Assembly: GCA_035221665.1 (NCBI GenBank) | Contig: CM069135.1 | Coordinates: 37,634,001-37,698,000, forward strand | Direction: 5' to 3' | Origin: Okamejei kenojei | Lineage: Eukaryota | Length of the DNA: 64,000 bases | In this document: in pieces, positions 1 to 11,036 of the stretch | Numbering within the stretch: the first letter of the stretch is position 1 | Layout: every line of letters starts with the position of its first letter | Position numbers and translations under genes: made by a program | The notes under the pieces: generated by a model | What the model was told of the DNA's origin: nothing | Database searches by the model: none | Seen by the model: only the letters and a program-made list of their open reading frames with translations

Positions 1-533
1 TTCAATGTTTGATGGGATGCATCACAGCTTGGTTTGGGAGCAGCTCCATCCAAGACTGCAAGAAATTGCAGCGAATTGTAGACGGAGTCCAGACCATCAC
101 ACAAACCAACCTCCCTTCCATTGACTCCATTTATACCTCACACAAGGCCAGCAGCATAAACAAGGATGTCGTACCCTAGCCACTATCTCTTCTCGCCACT
201 CCTATCAGGCAAAAGGTAGAGAAGGGTGAAAATGCACACCTCCAGATTCAGGGACAGTTTATTCCCAGCTGTTATCAGGCAGCTGAACCATTCTACCGCA
301 ACCAAAGAGCATCCTGAACTCACCGGGGACTCATCGATTTTTGATCGGACTTTACTGGCTTTACCATGCATTAAACATTATTCCCTTATCATGTATCAGT
401 ACACTGTGAATGTATTGTACATTGTGAACTGTGATTGTAATCATGTATTGTCTTTCCTCTGGCTGGTTAGCACGCAAGTTAAAAGCTTTTCACTGTACCT
501 CGGTGCACGTGACAATAAACTAAACTGAACTGA
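1..533 (+). mobile_element. 3' end of Rex1/Babar-type LINE with (ACTGA)n tail; target of the ERV insertion
   Basis: Translates to CITAWFG..KKLQRIVD..SRFRDSLFPAVIRQLN, the typical Rex1 ORF C-terminus. The tail aaactaaactgaactga resumes after the provirus at 9103-9113. Confidence 0.8.
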
Positions 534-537
534 AACT

Positions 538-1189
538 TGTGAGGGATAAAGTGATTAAACCCCATTACAGTAAGGAGTTTTAAAGAGAATCCGAACTGAG
601 AGGGGCCGGAGAGAGGGTTCTGACACAGCTGTGTCTGAAGGTTGCCAGGCCCATCCTTGAGTCCTTGAGTAAGAAGTAATAGCATTGTATAGCAGTAGAA
701 GGGAGTGATGTAGAGAGATCCATATCAGTGGAAGGGAGTGATAGATGGGACCCTTGTCACTATAGCTTAGCTTTAGTACTGATATAGGAGAACTGAGAGG
801 GTTCACTAGGAGGTGAGTAAAACTAGGGTAGGTCATGAGCAACTGAGCATGCTTAATAGAATAAATGAATATTACAACACACCCCTGGTCAAGAAACTGC
901 TCATTACCATGAACATGTTTGAACATGCGATGTATGATATGGGAGGTGCGAGGGGATGTACGGTGGGATGTACCTACAGATTGTGCACCTCAGACCCTGA
1001 TTGGAGAAGGGTCCAGAGGGGAGGTTGAATGTAAAATTCTGTGTATAAAGGGGGATGACTTCTTTGGCTTCGGTGTGTCTCGATTTGGAGAGGCACCCGG
1101 GTCTGCTGCAGAGTCGAGAGGAATAAAGAACTCTTGCTTCCAAGATTTAGTCTTTGAGCATTAATTGTGAGCACAAAGCGTATCTCACA
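538..1189 (+). repeat. 5' LTR (652 bp)
   Basis: Direct repeat of 8451-9102 with TG...CA ends; ATTGG (reverse CCAAT) 1000-1004, TATAAA 1044-1049, AATAAA 1122-1127. Confidence 0.98.
911..930. promoter_or_regulatory. Candidate p53-family response element in LTR U3 (also 8824-8843)
   Basis: GAACATGTTT-GAACATGCGA is two adjacent RRRCWWGYYY half-sites (first perfect, second 2 mismatches, no spacer). A further perfect half-site GAGCATGCTT lies at 845-854. Confidence 0.5.
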
Positions 1190-1192
1190 AAT

Positions 1193-1210
1193 TGGGGGCT
1201 CGTCCGCGAT
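1193..1210 (+). promoter_or_regulatory. Primer binding site, tRNA-Pro
   Basis: TGGGGGCTCGTCCGCGAT matches 17/18 to the MLV-type PBS-Pro TGGGGGCTCGTCCGGGAT, 3 nt after the LTR. Confidence 0.93.
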
Positions 1211-1402
1211 CGCCACTCCGGCTGCTTGGTGGAGGCAAAGAAGGAGGGGAAGGTGCACCCTGCTGATTTCAGCAGTCTCCGATCTCCTTGCTTGCCATCA
1301 GCAGTTTGAGCGAGTGATATTCGGTGGGTAAGACTCGGGAAGCAAGAGGGGGTGTAAGGTAAATACGTACGGGACGGTCGAGCGATTCTTGTGCACAGGA
1401 CC

Positions 1403-1411
1403 CAGGTAAGA
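1403..1411 (+). promoter_or_regulatory. Probable major splice donor of the provirus
   Basis: CAG|GTAAGA in the leader between the PBS and the gag ATG. Confidence 0.65.
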
Positions 1412-1454
1412 AAAGCGACTATTAAGTATTGCCTGGGCGACCGGGGGCGAGACG

Positions 1455-3599
1455 ATGGGAAACCGGAACGGGAAAAGTAAGGGTCCGGGGAACCTGGATG
1501 AGGCTCATACTGATATGGAGCCTAACATTCCGCCCGATAGTCCGTTGGGGCGAATGTTGGATGGGGTGAAGGGAACACCCGGGGTAAGAGTAAGGAAACT
1601 ATGATAAAGTTTTGTTACTTTGAGTGGCCAAAGGAGCCTATTCGAGGGAGCGCAGTGTGGTGGCCGCGGTTGGGTTCAAATGAGGACTGGGTGGGACAGG
1701 CATTGAATGTTTTTGTGAATGAAAGACAAACGCCGAATCAAATAGAAAAGGAATATGCCCAGTGCTGAAAACCCAATAATGGGATGTTTCCGTTAAAGAC
1801 GGAAAGAGAGCAGGATGAACCTGACTGGCCACCAATTGGTGATGATCACCTACGGAGACTGCCCCCGCCATATGAATCCCAGCCCCCAAATATATCCCCA
1901 TCAGCGCCGGCTGCATCTGCCCAGGAGGTCCCACTAATCCAGAGCGGATCGGCAGTAAACCTGTCCGCTCTTGTCTCAGAAGAGACAGATAATAGAGAAT
2001 TACAGAAAGTAGAATGTGAAGGAGAGAGAGCCAGTCAGATAAGGAAGAGAAAATAAAAAGTGAGGACAAGGATGGGACGGGTGTCCCAGGCAGTAGTCGG
2101 AGGACGCGATCTCAAACGAGGGCAGCAGAACAGAGATTAGACCGATCTGTTCAAATGAAGCCCCTCAGGGAGGTCCCGTTAGGGGGAAATGCCGGGGGGA
2201 TGGGATTTGTAAATGTGCCTCTCACCAGTATGGGGGTGAGGAACTTTAAAAAGGAGATGAAAAGTTTATTGGAAGACCCCTTGGGACTGGCTGAACAAAT
2301 AGATCAGTTCCTAGGGCCAAAAATGTTTTTATGAAAAATATTGAGTTGTTTCAAACAATCTCATTGAAGTAAGAATGGAACTAATGTGATGTGTGTGTAA
2401 AAACCGGTTTTGTATGAATGAGGAAGTTTGTATATGTGATAGGTTTGTTTGCTGTGGGCTGCATGTTGTAAGGGTATGTGTGTGTATTCCTTTAAGAAAT
2501 TGTAAGCAATGGGGGAGGTTATTGTAAGGTAACGGACAACGCTTTGTATCATCGCAACTTAAAAAGGGGAAGTTGGAAAATGTAGGTTGCTTGGCTTCTA
2601 TAGATTTATTTTCAGTAAAGTTAATTTGGAAAATTGTTAGTCGTATGTATTTAAACTAGGAATTGGAATTTGGGAATTGTAGGGGGAATGGTTTGAACAA
2701 AATTAGAAATAAGTTAATTGCTGAACAACAAGCAGCTTTTATGGTTTGTTTAGATAAACATTCTGGTTGGAGAAGGGTAATAAATTAATGGGGCCCAGGG
2801 AAAAAAAAGGAGTTGGCAGACAATGATGTCAATAAGGGGAAGTTTGTTTACTTCAGAAGAAAGACAGATGGTCAGACAGGCAGGAGAAGGGGTTACAGGC
2901 TCAAGCGGGAGCAGTAAAATATCCCATTACTGCGCCGGATTGGAGTAACCAAACAGAAGAAGTATGAGAGATCTCAGGGAGATAATAATCAAGGGAATCT
3001 GAGAAGCCGTTCCCAAGGGACAGAATTTCGAACGGGCTTTTGAGAATCAGCAGAACAAGGACGAACCTCCGACAGTGTTCTTACAAAGGTTAAGGAGGAA
3101 TGTCCAGCAGTATTCAGGGATAGACCCTGATTCAGACGCAGGTCAGCAGTTGCTAAAGGTTAATTTTGTAACAAAATCATGGCCAGATATTAGAAAGAAA
3201 TTGGAAAAATTGGAAGATTGCAATGAAAAACCATTGAATCAATTGTTAACAGAGGCTCAAAAGGTATATGTAAGACGGGATGAGGAGAAGCAGAAGGGAA
3301 AGGCAAAAATGATGTTGCAAGCAGTACAGCAAGGAGTACAGAAGGGGGGAATCGAAGGTGATAGAAGGCCGGGTGCTCATGGAGACCGGGAAAGGGGAAG
3401 CGGTAGTATTGGAGGACGAGGAAGAGGTGAATGGGGGGACCGAAGTAGGGGTCCCCGGGAAAACAAGGAACAAGAATCAAGAAGATGGTACACGGGGCCA
3501 CCCCGGTGTTATTATTGTAAAGAGGAGGGTCATTTCAGGAGGGAATGTCCCAAGCGACGATGGGAGGTGCAGTCGTACGCACTCATGGAGGAAGAATAG
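1455..3599 (+). pseudogene. gag: ERV gag (disrupted)
   Basis: MG start; IPPDSPLGRML; MIKFC..WPKEPI..WP.LGS.EDW; PPPY late domain (1862-1873); PLREVPLGG..GFVNVPLT..LLEDPLGLAEQIDQFLGP; FVTKSWPDIRKKL; zinc knuckle CYYCKEEGHFRREC. Contains stops, frameshifts and an insert at ~2321-2810. Confidence 0.93.
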
Positions 3600-6500
3600 G
3601 GGAGTCAGGGGCTCCGCTCCCTGGGGCGTATGGGATACACACGGGAACCTCTGGTAAACTTGAAATTAGGACCCCAGGGAGAGGATATGATATTTATGGT
3701 AGATTCGGGAGCAGAGAGATCGAGTGTAACTAAGGTACCAGAAGGAATGAGATTGGGTAAAAAACAGGTTAGAATCTCAGGGGTAGAAGGGAAAGTGATG
3801 ACATTACCCGAGGTAGAAGGGGTGGTGGTAAAATATGAGAATCAGGAAACTACGGAAGATTTAATCTTGGTACCCCAGGCAGTGATAAATTTGATGGGGA
3901 GAGATTTACAAATCCAATTAGGAATGGGAACAGCCCCCGTAGGGGGAAAGATAATAGTCCAATTGTATAAATTGACCACAGAGGACGAGGGAAGAATAGT
4001 CCCGCAGGTGTGGGCCAAGGAAGGAAACCGGGGAGGGCTGCAGATCCCACCCTTGAAAATAGCTCTAAAAAAAAAGTGAGGCAGTACGGGTAAGGCAATA
4101 TCCAATTTCTATGGAAGGAAGGAGAGGACTTCAGCCAATTATAGAGAACTTAGTGAAGGACGGTATATTAGAGAGTTGTATGTCCCCATATAACACCCCC
4201 GTACTCCCCGTAAGGAAGACCGACGGGACGTTCAGATTGGTCCAGGATCTCAGGGAATTAAATAAGGTAGTTAGAATGCGACACCCGGTAGTCCCGAACC
4301 CGTATACCATAATATACCCCCGAATCACAAGTGGTTCAGTGTGGTAGATTTAAAAGACGCTTTTTGGAGCTGTCCCCTGGCTGAAGAGAGCAGGGACCTT
4401 TTTGCGTTTGAATGGGAAAACCCAGAGACCCAAAGGAAACAGCAGTATCGGTGGACTGTGCTCCCTCAGGGATTTACGGAGTCCCCAAACCTGTTCGGAC
4501 AAATATTAGAACAAGTACTAGAGGACGTTCCGAGGGCTGATGAGACACAGCTGTTGCAGTATGTGGACGACCTATTACTATCAGGGGAAGAAGAGGAGGC
4601 AGTTAGGGACGCAACAATAACCTTCCTGAACTTTCTGGGGGAAAAGGGGTTGAGAGTGTCTAAAAGTAAATTACAGTTTGTAGAACGAGAAGTTAAATAT
4701 CTAGGACACCCGATAAGCGATGGGAAAAGGAGAATAAACCCGGAAAGGATAGCGGGAATTACCGGACTGCCAGTGCCGAAGAATAAGAAGGAGATTAGGA
4801 AGTTTCTTGGACTGATTGGATATTGTAGATTATGGATAGATGACTATACCCGACAGGTTAGGTTTCTATATGATAAATTAGGTGAAGAAAACGACAAAGT
4901 AAAGTGGGAATCCGGGGACGAACACCAGTTTAGGAAACTAAAGAACAGTTTAATCACTGCCCCTGTACTGGCTCTCCCGTCTATTGACCAGCCATTCCAT
5001 CTTTTTGTGAATGCAGAAAATGGAATTGCGCTGGTACTAACCCAAGAGAAAGGAGGGAAGCGGCAGCCCGTCGCGTTCCTCTCCAAACTCTTGGATCCAG
5101 TATCGCGGGGATGGCCAGTATGTATTCAAGCGGTAGCGGCAACAGCAGTGTTAGTGGAGGAAAGTAGGAAATTGACGTTTGGAGGAACTCTGGTGGTGTC
5201 CACTCCCCACACGGTCCGGACGATACTAACTCAGAAGTCCAGTCGGTGGTTGACGGATTCTAGAATCTTGAAGTATGAGGTTATACTTATGGAAAAGAAT
5301 GATTTGACCATAGTAACGGATAAAAACCTAAATCCCTCTCAGTTTTTGTATTCGGCACGTGCTGAGCAGGAAGGGGAGTTATCAGAACATGATTGTAGTG
5401 AGATAATAGAACTTCAGACAAAGAGTAGGGAAGATTTAGAAGAACGACCGCTTGAGACAGGGGAAAGATGGTTTATTGATGGTTTCTTCCCGATGCATAG
5501 ACGGAAAAAGGTATAGTGGGTATGCTATAATAACCGGAGAAGGGTTTGAAAAAGTGGAAGCAGGCAGGTTACCAGGAAGTTGGTCCGCGCAAATGTGTGA
5601 ACTGTATGCATTACTGAGGGCATTGGAACTATTGAAAGGGAAAGAAGGAACTGTGTATACGGACTCCAAGTATGCCTTTGGGGTGGTACACACCTTTGGG
5701 AAAATCTGGAAAGAAAGAGGGATGATTACAGCTAGAGGGAAAGAGTTGGCTCATGAGCAGTTAATTGAAAAAGCTTTGGAAGCACTAAATTTGCCAGAAA
5801 GAATAGCGGTGGTCCATGTAGCAGGCCACCAGAGAGAGAATTCGCTGGAAGCTAGAGGGAACAGGGCAGTCGATAGTGCCGCTAAGACAGCGGCGACAGA
5901 AGGAACGGTAAAAATGTTGTCTCTAATACCGTTGAGAGAGGGAATAGAGAAGATACCTGTATTCTCGCGGGAGGAGGAAGATAAAATGAATGAGTTGGGT
6001 GCCCGGCGCTCCACGGACGGGAAGTGGTGGATGCCGGACGAAAAACAAATAATTACTAAAGGATTGACGAGGGATTTGATTAAACAACTACATTCGCAAT
6101 CGCACTGGGGAGCTCAGGCTCTGTGCGACACGATACTACGGACTTATGCCTGTAGAGGCATTTATACTTTAACCAAGCAGGCGGTGTCTGGTTGTGTAGT
6201 GTGTCAAAGGGTGAATAAGAAGGTAATGAGAGCTGTCCCAGGGGGAGGACAACAATTGGCCATTAGACCCTTCCAGAGAATACAGGTGGACTTCACAGAA
6301 TTACCAAAAGTACAGCAGTGGAAATATCTTCTGGTTATAGTGGATCACTTCACCAGGTGGGTAGAGGCATTTCCCACGATAAATGCCACTGCCCAGGCAG
6401 TCACTAAGATACTGCTGGAACAAATCATCCCACGATATGGAGTAATTGAATCCATAGATTCAGATCGAGGAACACATTTTGCTTCCAAGGTGCACCTATT

Positions 6501-7120
6501 AATTTGTCACGCCTTGGGAATAAACTGGAAGCTGCATACTCCATGGCACCCCCAGAGTTCGGGGAGAGTGGAGCGGATGAATGCCACTCTAAAATTCAGA
6601 TAACTAAATTAATGGAGGAGACAGGGTTACCCTGGACTAAATGTCTACCAATTGCTCTATTGCGAATACGGACGGCACCACGAAAGGATATTGCGGTGTC
6701 TCCCTATGAAATGTTGTTTGGATTGCCTTATTTTGGGAAGGTGGAAGGCACACCAACCTTTGAGGGAGGTGATGTGTTCTTGAGGAACTATTTACCGGCA
6801 GTGTCTCGTTCCCTTACAGAATTAAAAGCTAAAGGATTATTGGCTCAAAGCCCACCACTCGACTTTCCAATACATGCTGTAAAGGCCGGCGACTGGGTAC
6901 TGGTCAAGAATTGGAAGGAGGAGAAACTCCAGCCCAGGTGGACCGGACCGTACCTAGTATTACTGACAACCGAGACAGCAATACGAACAAAAGAAAAAGG
7001 GTGGACCCACGCGATCCGGGTTAAAGGACCCGTCGATCCACCCGTTCCTGATGAGGAGGAACAGTGGATGGTGAAGCCAGGAAGCAAACCCCTAACAGTA
7101 ATTTTAAAAAAAAGCATTGA
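3600..7120 (+). pseudogene. pol: ERV pro-pol (protease, RT, RNase H, integrase), frameshifted
   Basis: FMVDSGA (PR); LPQG and YVDD (RT); WFIDG and YTDSKYAFG (RNase H); H-H-C-C, QVDFT / DSDRGTHF / ERMN (IN) and WTGPY. Split over ORFs 3630, 4111, 4341, 5452 and 6504. 3' end approximate. Confidence 0.96.
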
Positions 7121-7136
7121 ATGTATAACTGACAGT

Positions 7137-8383
7137 ATGAAAGGAGCAGTCTTTGTATGTATTGTTTGAAAGGGCGGACAACCAGATCATTTATCTATCA
7201 TTCCCATGTGAACAAAGTATGCCATGACCGGAAGACTAGAACCATTTGTGAAGAGGGGTTAAAGGAGTATTTGATGGCAGGCAATAGGGGGTATATAGGG
7301 AAGTTTGGGGCCGTTACCTGCCCAAGGGGAGAGAGATGGGTTTGTGTACAGTTAGTTTTCCCTTCTCAGATCGTAAAATGGGCAATAGATAAGATGAGGG
7401 AGGAAGTAATAAAAGAGGTTACAGAAGTAGTAGTCACTAAGCCTCCCCCTCCCCCACCCACTCAGCCTCAAGTGCACCAGACACTGTACGAAGAGATAAA
7501 GAAGCAGATCGAGATCCCTGAAGGAAAAAAAAAAGAAAACCTGTTTGTGGACTTGGCCCTCCGGATAGCTGGAATCCTGAATGTGACTAAACTGCTGGGT
7601 CTGCGGAGGACCACTGATGAGTTCACATTGGCCGTGGAGGGGATCCATTGTTGAAGTATGGGACCTGATGGGGTGGAACCTGACAGTTGGACAAGACCGA
7701 GATCCCCAGGTATGGGTCCTGACAGACGCTCCGTTCGGGGACTGAGTTTATCGCTAGGCCCTGGGCAAAGGATGCCGTCCTAGTAGGCAGCAGCCCCTGC
7801 CAGCGCATCGTCACCCAGTGGCCAAATCAGTCCCGAGTGTGGTGGCCACGGGAGCCTAAATGGTATCTAACTAAGAAATATGGGAAAAACTGCGGGGGCG
7901 CTGGAAATGCTGGCAAAGCGGCAGACGCAGATGAGAGCAGTGATATACCAGAACAGGTTAGCCCTAGATTACCTCCTGGCAGAAGAAGGAGGGGTATGCG
8001 GGAAATTCAACCTCTCTAATTGCTGTTTGAACATCGATGATAATGGACAGGCAGTGATGGACATATCAGAAGGGATCCGTAAGTTGGCACATGTTCCAAT
8101 ACAAAAGTGGAATTCGATTATGGGAACCCAATGGTGAGATTCCATCCTCGGAGGAACATGGTGGAGAACGGTGGGACTCGTGTTTCTATGTGCAGTGGCT
8201 GGACTGATCTTTATCCCCTGTTGCATCCCTTGTTTTAGGGAACTTATTACCAGAAGTATAAGTCAGATGCAGGCGGTAGTCATGCCTATGGGAGAGAGAG
8301 GGGAAATACAGAGAATAATGATAATGCGGCCAGGGGAGGTTCATGATTTACAGGAAGAGAAGGTTAGGACAATGTTACGTTAG
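7137..8383 (+). pseudogene. env: ERV env, gamma-type (ERV3/HERV-I-like), internally deleted
   Basis: NLFVDLALRIA..NVT-NCWVCGG..WPW (CXXC); [21 protein letters not shown]; CX7CC ([10 protein letters not shown]); [10 protein letters not shown]; TM helix. No furin site or fusion peptide; stop at 8135-8137. Confidence 0.92.
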
Positions 8384-8432
8384 TTCGAGTTGAGGGAACT
8401 TGAAATGAGGGTTTAATCAGTGTATGCGTAGC

Positions 8433-8449
8433 AAAAGAAAAAGGGAGGA
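8433..8449 (+). promoter_or_regulatory. Polypurine tract
   Basis: AAAAGAAAAAGGGAGGA immediately before the 3' LTR. Confidence 0.9.
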
Positions 8450-8450
8450 T

Positions 8451-9102
8451 TGTGAGGGATAAAGTGATTAAACCCCATTAAAGTAAGGAGTTTTAAAGAG
8501 AATCCGAACTGAGAGGGGCTGGAGAGAGGATTCTGACACAGCTGTGTCTGAAGGTTGCCAGACCCATCCTTGAGTCCTTGAGTAAGAAGTAATAGCATTG
8601 TATAGCAGTAGAAGGGAGTGATGTAGAGAGATCCATATCAGTGGAAGGGAGTGATAGATGGGACCCTTGTCACTATAGCTTAGCTTTAGTACTGATATAG
8701 GAGAACTGAGAGGGTTCACTAGGAGGTGAGTAAAACTAGGGTAGGTCATGAACAACTGAGCATGCTTAATAGAATAAATGAATATTACAACACACCCCTG
8801 GTCAAGAAACTGCTCATTACCATGAACATGTTTGAACATGCGATGTATGATATGGGAGGTGCGAGGGGATGTACGGTGGGATGTACCTACAGATTGTGCA
8901 CCTCAGACCCTGATTGGAGAAGGGTCCAGAGGGGAGGTTGAATGTAAAATTCTGTGTATAAAGGGGGATGACTTCTTTGGCTTCGGTGTGTCTCGATTTG
9001 GAGAGGCACCCGGGTCTGCTGCAGAGTCGAGAGGAATAAAGAACTCTTGCTTCCAAGATTTAGTCTTTGAGCATTAATTGTGAGCACAAAGCGTATCTCA
9101 CA
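8451..9102 (+). repeat. 3' LTR (652 bp)
   Basis: Same length as the 5' LTR, with 5 substitutions by manual comparison. Confidence 0.98.
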
Positions 9103-9762
9103 AACTGAACTGAGGTGAAATAGCTTCGCGTGGCGCAGCGCACTAGGTGCTCATTTACTTGGTCATGTTGGCCTTTCGCTTGTTCATCTGCTGACGTTTA
9201 GGATGCCAACATCTCCAAACTATTTATTTGGAGTAAACTTCTAACTTTCATAATTATCTGCACCAAAGAAATTGAGCTTGCCCACTAGATTGGAGAATGA
9301 AATGACAATTAATGGGTCTGCAACATCTCCCAGCCTTGTGTTTCAATGGTTAATCTTGTTAGATATTTTATTGTCGCTCTTTTCATTTCTCACAGCCATT
9401 CTTTTTTAAATGACAGGGGGCACTGCATGACCCATGATGTCATTGACAACATAGCTCCCCTAGGCTGATGCTTTCCTGATGGTTAATAATTAACCTGGAA
9501 ATGATTCAGGTTAAATAGCAACTATCAGGAAATCGAGATAATTGAATAAATCCTACAGAGAGTTAAATAACCTTGTTGCACTTTTTCCTTGTGCCTCTGT
9601 TTTTTTCCTATATAATGAACATTGCTTATGTTGGAAGTAAGGAACATATGCACAAACATAAATTAATGAACAAGAAGGAAAAGTCTGGGAAAAGTTTAGT
9701 TCAATCCTTTTACAAACACGGCACTGCAACGTTAAGTGGATAAACAATGCAGGAGAATTACT

Positions 9763-9945
9763 TTTTAGTTTAGTTTATTATTGTATCGTGTGGGGTTTTT
9801 TTTCATTGAAAGGCTTTTTGTTGCATGCTATCCAATCAGCAGAAAGACCATACATGATTACATTCACAGTATACAGATATAGGTATTATCTGTATATATA
9901 GTTACAGATTTAGGTACAGATTTAGTGCAAGATAAAGTTCAGTGA
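9763..9945 (-). mobile_element. Rex1-family 3' UTR/tail remnant
   Basis: Reverse-complement similarity to 430-530 (tttagtttagtttattattg..catgattaca). Confidence 0.6.
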
Positions 9946-10090
9946 GGACCTCATTGGTTAACAAAAACTGCATCACTACAAAGAAATTGGGGCATTATAA
10001 AAAGTGTTGCAATTAATGAACAGAACAAATCACTTCTGTGCCTTTGAATTGAATTTGGCAAAATTAGTGAAAAAAACAAGTTTTTTTCAG

Positions 10091-10558
10091 ATCATAGAAA
10101 CACATAGAAATTAGGTTAGGCCATTCTGCCCTTCGAGCCTGCTGATCATCTCAGTATTCCCGTACCTGCATACCCTCTGATCCCCTTATCCAACTCACTC
10201 TTGCCAATGAACTGCCTCCTACCCTCTGTGGCAGAGAGTTCCACTCACCACTCTCTGCGTTAAAGGAATCCTTAAGCTGTAACCCTTGTCCTGGACTTAC
10301 AAACAATCCTCCTGCATCTAGCCTGTCCAAAACCCTTAAGAATTTTGTAAGTTTCTATAAGATCCTAAATTCCAGAGAGTTCTATCCAGTCTTTCTTCAT
10401 AAGACAGTCCTTCCCAGGAAAAACCTTCTCTGCACTCCCTCTATGGCAATAATGTCCTTCCTCTTTGGAGACCAAAAACGCAATACTCCAGGTGTGGTCT
10501 CACAAAAAACAACCTCCCTGCTCCTGTACTCAAATCCTTTTGCTATGACATCCTTTTG
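10091..10558 (-). mobile_element. CR1 LINE 3' fragment riddled with short deletions
   Basis: Blocks near-identical to 42336-42975 and 54125-54784, separated by many short deletions. Confidence 0.85.
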
Positions 10559-11036
10559 CTAGAACATTTCTGCCTTTATTACAAACAGGAATCTTGTTAT
10601 ATGTAAGATTTGTGTAAGTCCTTTAACTTATCTGGGATAGCATGCTAAAATAATGAAAATAAATAATTTTACTTGCTGAAATGGAATGATTGAGCAACAC
10701 TGAAAAAACTATATTAACGTATATTATATCACAAAGTTTCTTATCCCCATACAAACTGATTTGTGGAGTACATAACGACGAGTAATAAGTTCATTTTGAA
10801 AATGTTCATTATAAAATTAGCTCATTAGAATTTATGAAAATGAAAAAAAAGGGTAGAATGTGATTTTAGCCCGTATCTTGGATTACATCACCATATCCAA
10901 CTCTAATTGCCTTAATCCGAAGGTTAAGTTGGCCTTAATTGGTAGTGGTATTGGGGTTTTTTTTCACGTGAACTTTAAATACAGTGAAATCCAATTTGCG
11001 TGTTATCCAGTCAAGTCATCCCGTACATGAGTACAG

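Larger units (their letters stand above)
538..9102 (+). mobile_element. Full-length class I (gamma-like, HERV-I/ERV3-related) endogenous retrovirus, LTR-gag-pro-pol-env-LTR, coding-defective as assembled
   Basis: Paired LTRs TGTGAG...CTCACA, TSD AACT (534-537 and 9103-9106), PBS, PPT, and Gag/PR/RT/RH/IN/Env motifs in canonical order. Confidence 0.98.

Noticed and set aside
555-926. 123-aa antisense ORF present in both LTRs (also 8468-8839)
   Set aside because: Retention is expected from LTR identity; no recognisable motif.
1766-8137. Two probable TGG>TGA stops as APOBEC-type hypermutation
   Set aside because: Too few events; most Trp codons in pol are intact.
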